The translations under genes and the position numbers were made by a program. The notes under the pieces are model-generated. The model worked only from the letters and a program-made list of their open reading frames with translations, was not told the DNA's origin and did no database searches. Of a stretch of DNA of 64,000 nt, positions 60,070 through 64,000 are shown piece after piece. The DNA is from Raillietiella orientalis (lineage: Eukaryota), in the NCBI GenBank assembly GCA_036172245.1, contig JAYWIR010000040.1:1922001-1986000 (forward strand), read 5' to 3'. Every line of letters begins with the position of its first letter. The stretch's first letter is position 1.

Positions 60070-62700
60070 TCGTACACGAAAAGATTTGAATCGCGGTACA
60101 TTGCAGTACCCGTGGTATCTGTAACACAATTATCCGTGTTTAAGCAACATGGTCCATTGCGTCTCCTCCTGCATGGTGTCGTGCTAGTAGTCAACTTGAC
60201 TCCCGCCAGACACAGGCAGTTCCCAGAAGGAGGAAGAGGGGAAAGAAGGCGCGTAATCAGGGAGAAAGGCGCTGCCGGCTCATGTCGGCGGGTAGCGGGC
60301 GGAAGGGCGGCTGCAGAAATCGGGGGCAAACGCGCGAGCTGATCGATCCGCTCCTCCTAAGGGCTGGCGATCCTCTCCACGGGCAGAGGCGTCCGTCTGG
60401 CGACTGTCAAACGAAGAGACGGCAAGCACGAAAGGGCACGCTGTTTCCAGAACGGCGGAGAGTATTGCAGGTGCGCGTGCGCTTGCAGCAAAAAATTGAC
60501 GCAGCTCAGAGGCGCAGAGACGACTAGAGGAAGGAGAAGGACATCAGGCGATTCCCCTTTCTTCCCCGCCCCCTTCGTGATGATACCAGTCGCTTCCGGA
60601 GACGGCCATGCATTGAACGTCCTCAGGCGTCCGGCGGCTTCAGTCTGCTTCCGAGACTGTTCCGAAGACTCTTCCCGGACCACCTGTGGTCCGGGAAGAG
60701 TCTTCCGCGATGGTTCACTCCTTCTATGGACCGGGAACTCTCTCGGGAGTGGTGGCCTTATCCAAGGGTAAAGATGGAAGCATGACCTTTTCTGCCATTT
60801 CCCCAAAGCAGAGGGCTGCCCACCCTTCCCCCCTGTAAGAAATGGTACTCGGAGGGAGAAGAAGGAAGGGGAAAGAGATGAAGCGCTGCCCCCCAGAAAG
60901 GGACTGCAGCGCCGCGCTTTCTCCTCTGGGTCTCTAGTGGGAGCCCACCGTGTCACTAGGGTACCAGCTCACACTGGACTTCCGGTATCCCAGTCCCTTC
61001 CCCCCATAGGCGCCATCTCTTGGGAACACGAGAATCCCTAGAGGAGTGTGCAGTGGGGATTATTCTACGGCCGGAAAATGGGTACGCAATTGGGAAGAGC
61101 GCCGACAGTGTGACAAGTGGGAAAATCAATGGAGACCAGGGAACGTCTCGTAAGGGACACGCAAGCCGCCGGAGGCCAGATAGGAGACCGCTGAGAATAT
61201 CGGAGAGCGTCCGTCCCGGGACATCACGTTCCTTTCCCTCTCGTTCTGTAGGAAGCCATCTCTTCCCCGGAGGCGGGAGGAGAGCTCCTGACCCAACCTT
61301 CAATCCCCCTTTCCCTTTCTCCCTCGACCCTTCGGAACGAAGCGTACGGAGTTCCCCCCGGGATTGGCTTTCTGGCTGGTTCGGCGGAAGAGGTTCCCAC
61401 ACTGCCGAACGAGATGCAGACAAGGAGAAAACGCTCCTCCTCCCGGTCGCGTCAGCTCCTGTTCTTCCTGAAAACGCGAGGAAGAATAGGGAACAGAAGT
61501 GGGGAAGAAGGCAAGAGGCATCCTCGTGATCAATGGATGTCCCCAGGTCGGGAACCCGTCAGAGAAGGCAGAGTAGCAGAGGCAGCCAACATGGCGGCCG
61601 CATGTATCAAGAGAGACCGTGGCAGCCGGCGAAGAAGCGCACCCAAACGCCGCTAGAGACAGACTCGGGAGGATAGCTCCAGCGCAGACTTCAGGGAGTC
61701 TTTCCTCAGCGCGCTCCATCCCTCTGCCACGTTTGGAGACATATCTGGCTCAGCACGCTACTCTTCAGTGCTAGAAATGCTCAAGGTACGTGCAGCAGGC
61801 TTTAGATGGGTAGGTCAGCCTTGTGGGGATCCGTAAGAACCTCCGCAGGAGTCACGGTTGCTCGCGCCACGGGAATACGCAGCTGCCTCTGAGCTTCCTC
61901 CACCTTGCTTCTCGCGGATCTTTGGTCGATTTCTGCTCCGCGTCGTTTTGCATGCGACCCATTACGTCGCAATTCCTGAGGGAAAGTGAGGCATACGAGG
62001 AAGGCTTCGCACGGAATGCTCCCTTCTTTCCTTCGCTGCAGAGCTCCCATCCGAACAGCCCCTTTATACTGCAGGTGAGCCACGTGCCACAACAGCCCCA
62101 GCTGCAAATGACCCCCGCGAAATCCTGAGTAACTCCCACTTTTCGTTGGGGACGCGCGCGTTCGCTGCAATCCAAAGCGAATGACGCGGCTCGACAGCCG
62201 TCTGGTGACGGAGGCGGATCCCGGAAACCGTCTGGTGGTGAAGGCGGATCCCGAAAATTGCGGAAATCTGGAAACACTCGCGGAGAGAGACGTGACGTTT
62301 CGGCTGAGAGCATCGGTGTCCGATGATCTCTTACGTGTGAAGGGAGCACCTCAAGGAACGACGGTCCGAGGTCGCGTGGATACACCCTCTCTTCCCACAA
62401 GAGATCACCCATTCAGATGGCCAGCCCTCGGTGTGAGAAAGATGCATGTGCATCCTGGGGCACGCTGCCACCCGTTATGGATGCTGGATGGAGGGAGGGA
62501 AGAGATTTCCTTCCTTAGCACTCCTGGCCTCCCTCTTCGTTCGGACCTGCGGACAGATTCGGAGCGAACCAATTTCAGAAGGGGCTGAGCCTTGGGAGGC
62601 TCCAGAGATCGAAGGACTACAGATGTTCTCCTCCATGCAAACCTCTCTCCTTCCAACGCTGCGGACTGACAAGAGGGCTGTCCTGTGACACAGCTCTAGC
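60070..62700 (-). mobile_element. Decayed near-complete LINE ORF2
   Basis: PGVLRKE and PGCTCIFL (endonuclease N-terminus, ~62445-62525), RVYPRDLGPSFLEVL (~VYAP...F...L, ~62370), FSDGFP (~61555), VPGRTLSDI (~61210), LRDVPWS (~61145), SLSPSFFSL (~60870). Confidence 0.6.
62198..62257. repeat. 30-bp tandem duplication
   Basis: CCGTCTGGTGACGGAGGCGGATCCCGGAAA / CCGTCTGGTGGTGAAGGCGGATCCCGAAAA. Confidence 0.9.
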
Positions 62701-62749
62701 GATCACGAACGACGGACATGGGCAGAATACATCGCAGAATTTTCCTGCA

Positions 62750-64000
62750 GCCTCCTCGGAGGCAGAACCATTGAGAGATCGAATTTCGCTCAGAGCGGAT
62801 TGATCGAAAGGCGCGAGACAGCTATTTGTCTCGATCTCATGTTAGCGTGGCAGATGCAGACGGAACTCCATCCCACCTAAGGCATCACGCTTTCAATGAG
62901 TAGCAGATGGTGCCTCTGGCGGGTGGACCCCTAGGAACTTGCGAAACTCTTGTAGAGGCTCCGTGACGCAGAATCCCTTTCAGAGCGTTCCTAATTACGC
63001 ACTTTCCTCGTGGCCGCACTCACCCGGCTGCAATGGACCTCCAAACAGGCAAGTTCTTGGCGATACTGTTTGGAAAGAAGTGCCAACACATCTCTCAGCC
63101 CTGTTGATGCAGGCGCTATCTGAGAGGGATCCAGCATTGGTATCTGGAATCAGCGATTTTCAGACCCTTTTCTTTTTTCCCTCGAGCTCTTCCAGCCGTC
63201 AGTACACCTATCACGTTCAACCTGCGCAGTTCTCCTTCGTGGGCCTCGTTTCCGCTCTCAGGGAAGGGAGGGGAAGGAGGATCACGGTTCTTCCTACGAA
63301 GGGAGATCTCTTGTGGAGGACCCGGAGTCTCTTTTCCGACCGAGACAATGGCATGTTCAGGGAACCGTAGGTTGGGGCTTGGTGCACCCGCCTTCATTGC
63401 AACAGAGTCATCCATCTTTTCCTGCTTGCCTCCTTGGAACGATAGCACCGATTTGGTTGGAATCTGATACTGTTGCTAACGTCTGAGTCTTGCAGTTTCT
63501 TTTTTGACGGCACACCTTTTTTTCTCTGTATGTTTTCTTATCTCTGGAAGCTCTCCAGGTGCGAGTCGATCACCACGCTGCCCACTACCTGTGGCTGCAT
63601 CCGCAATTGACACTCCAGTCTTGTGGATTTGGGGTCCCCGGAGATCAGGTCCACAGACATGCTTTCCGATGAGAGAGACGGTTACTCTGAGGAGTGGCTT
63701 CCATCTGCCCTTAACCTTCTATCAAGAAGAACTCCCCGTTGGCATCTCCAGAAAGCAGTCACTCGCATTCTCATCTTCTCTCGCTTCCGATGATCTCCGA
63801 GCAGTTTGTTCCCGGGAAGCAGGAGACATTACTAGATGCCTTCTGGGCAGCGCAATCTGTTGCTCAGCCTCCTCTTCCAAGATCCTCTGCCCGTTCGCTC
63901 CCCAAAGGCAATCATTGCTCACCCAACCTAGATTCAGAACTACCAGAGATTTCTTTCCTTCCAGCTTTTTATTTATTTTGGCTCTCGAGGAGTACGGAAG
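62750..64000 (+). mobile_element. Decayed LINE RT
   Basis: ALSSWPHSPGCNGPP...VWKEV (62999-63082), ITVLPTKGDLLWRTRSL (~63281-63331), MLSDE (~YADD, ~63660), T-rich tract at ~63965. Confidence 0.6.

Noticed and set aside
59840..60090. Non-standard genetic code (TAA/TAG = Gln) suggested by TAG CCG TAG CAA CAG CAG TAA TAA TAG TAG TAA; similar impression near 14210 on minus
   Set aside because: The low-complexity tract reads plausibly in every frame, there is no conserved gene to anchor it, and stops of all three types occur in the surrounding relics, as expected from decay.
1..64000. Head-to-tail telomeric retrotransposon array (HeT-A/TART style) or strict self-targeting
   Set aside because: Orientations alternate without clear bias, and junctions fall at different points of ORF2.

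Overview
Eukaryotic, GC-moderate (roughly 50-60%) DNA. I found no recognisable intact host gene, RNA gene or CRISPR array. Read by hand in six frames, almost the whole window is a wall-to-wall mosaic of about 35-40 heavily decayed non-LTR retrotransposon fragments of L1/Tx1 type, on both strands. Their ORF2 motifs recur in the correct order: endonuclease (WN.RG, GDFN, SR.D, SDH), linker (W..EGE), reverse transcriptase (K.PG.DG, WRPI.L, LD..KAFD.V, RQG.PLSP, YADD, SGL.IN, KYLG), then LS..GR, GG.G and a C-terminal CX2CX7-8HX4C knuckle. All are broken by frameshifts and stops, which explains why the ORF track holds only short, meaningless ORFs. Three things stand out. (i) A second repeat family is present as an inverted pair (about 49420-50750 + and 53812-55440 -); it appears to carry only a gag-like knuckle followed by a long hairpin-array region, so it is a candidate ORF1-only non-autonomous retroelement. 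(ii) Some nested insertions can be reconstructed. (iii) Three copies share a stem-loop near their 3' end. Boundaries are estimated by eye (about +/-100-200 bp), motif calls in the weaker copies carry a real risk of over-reading, and no database search was possible.
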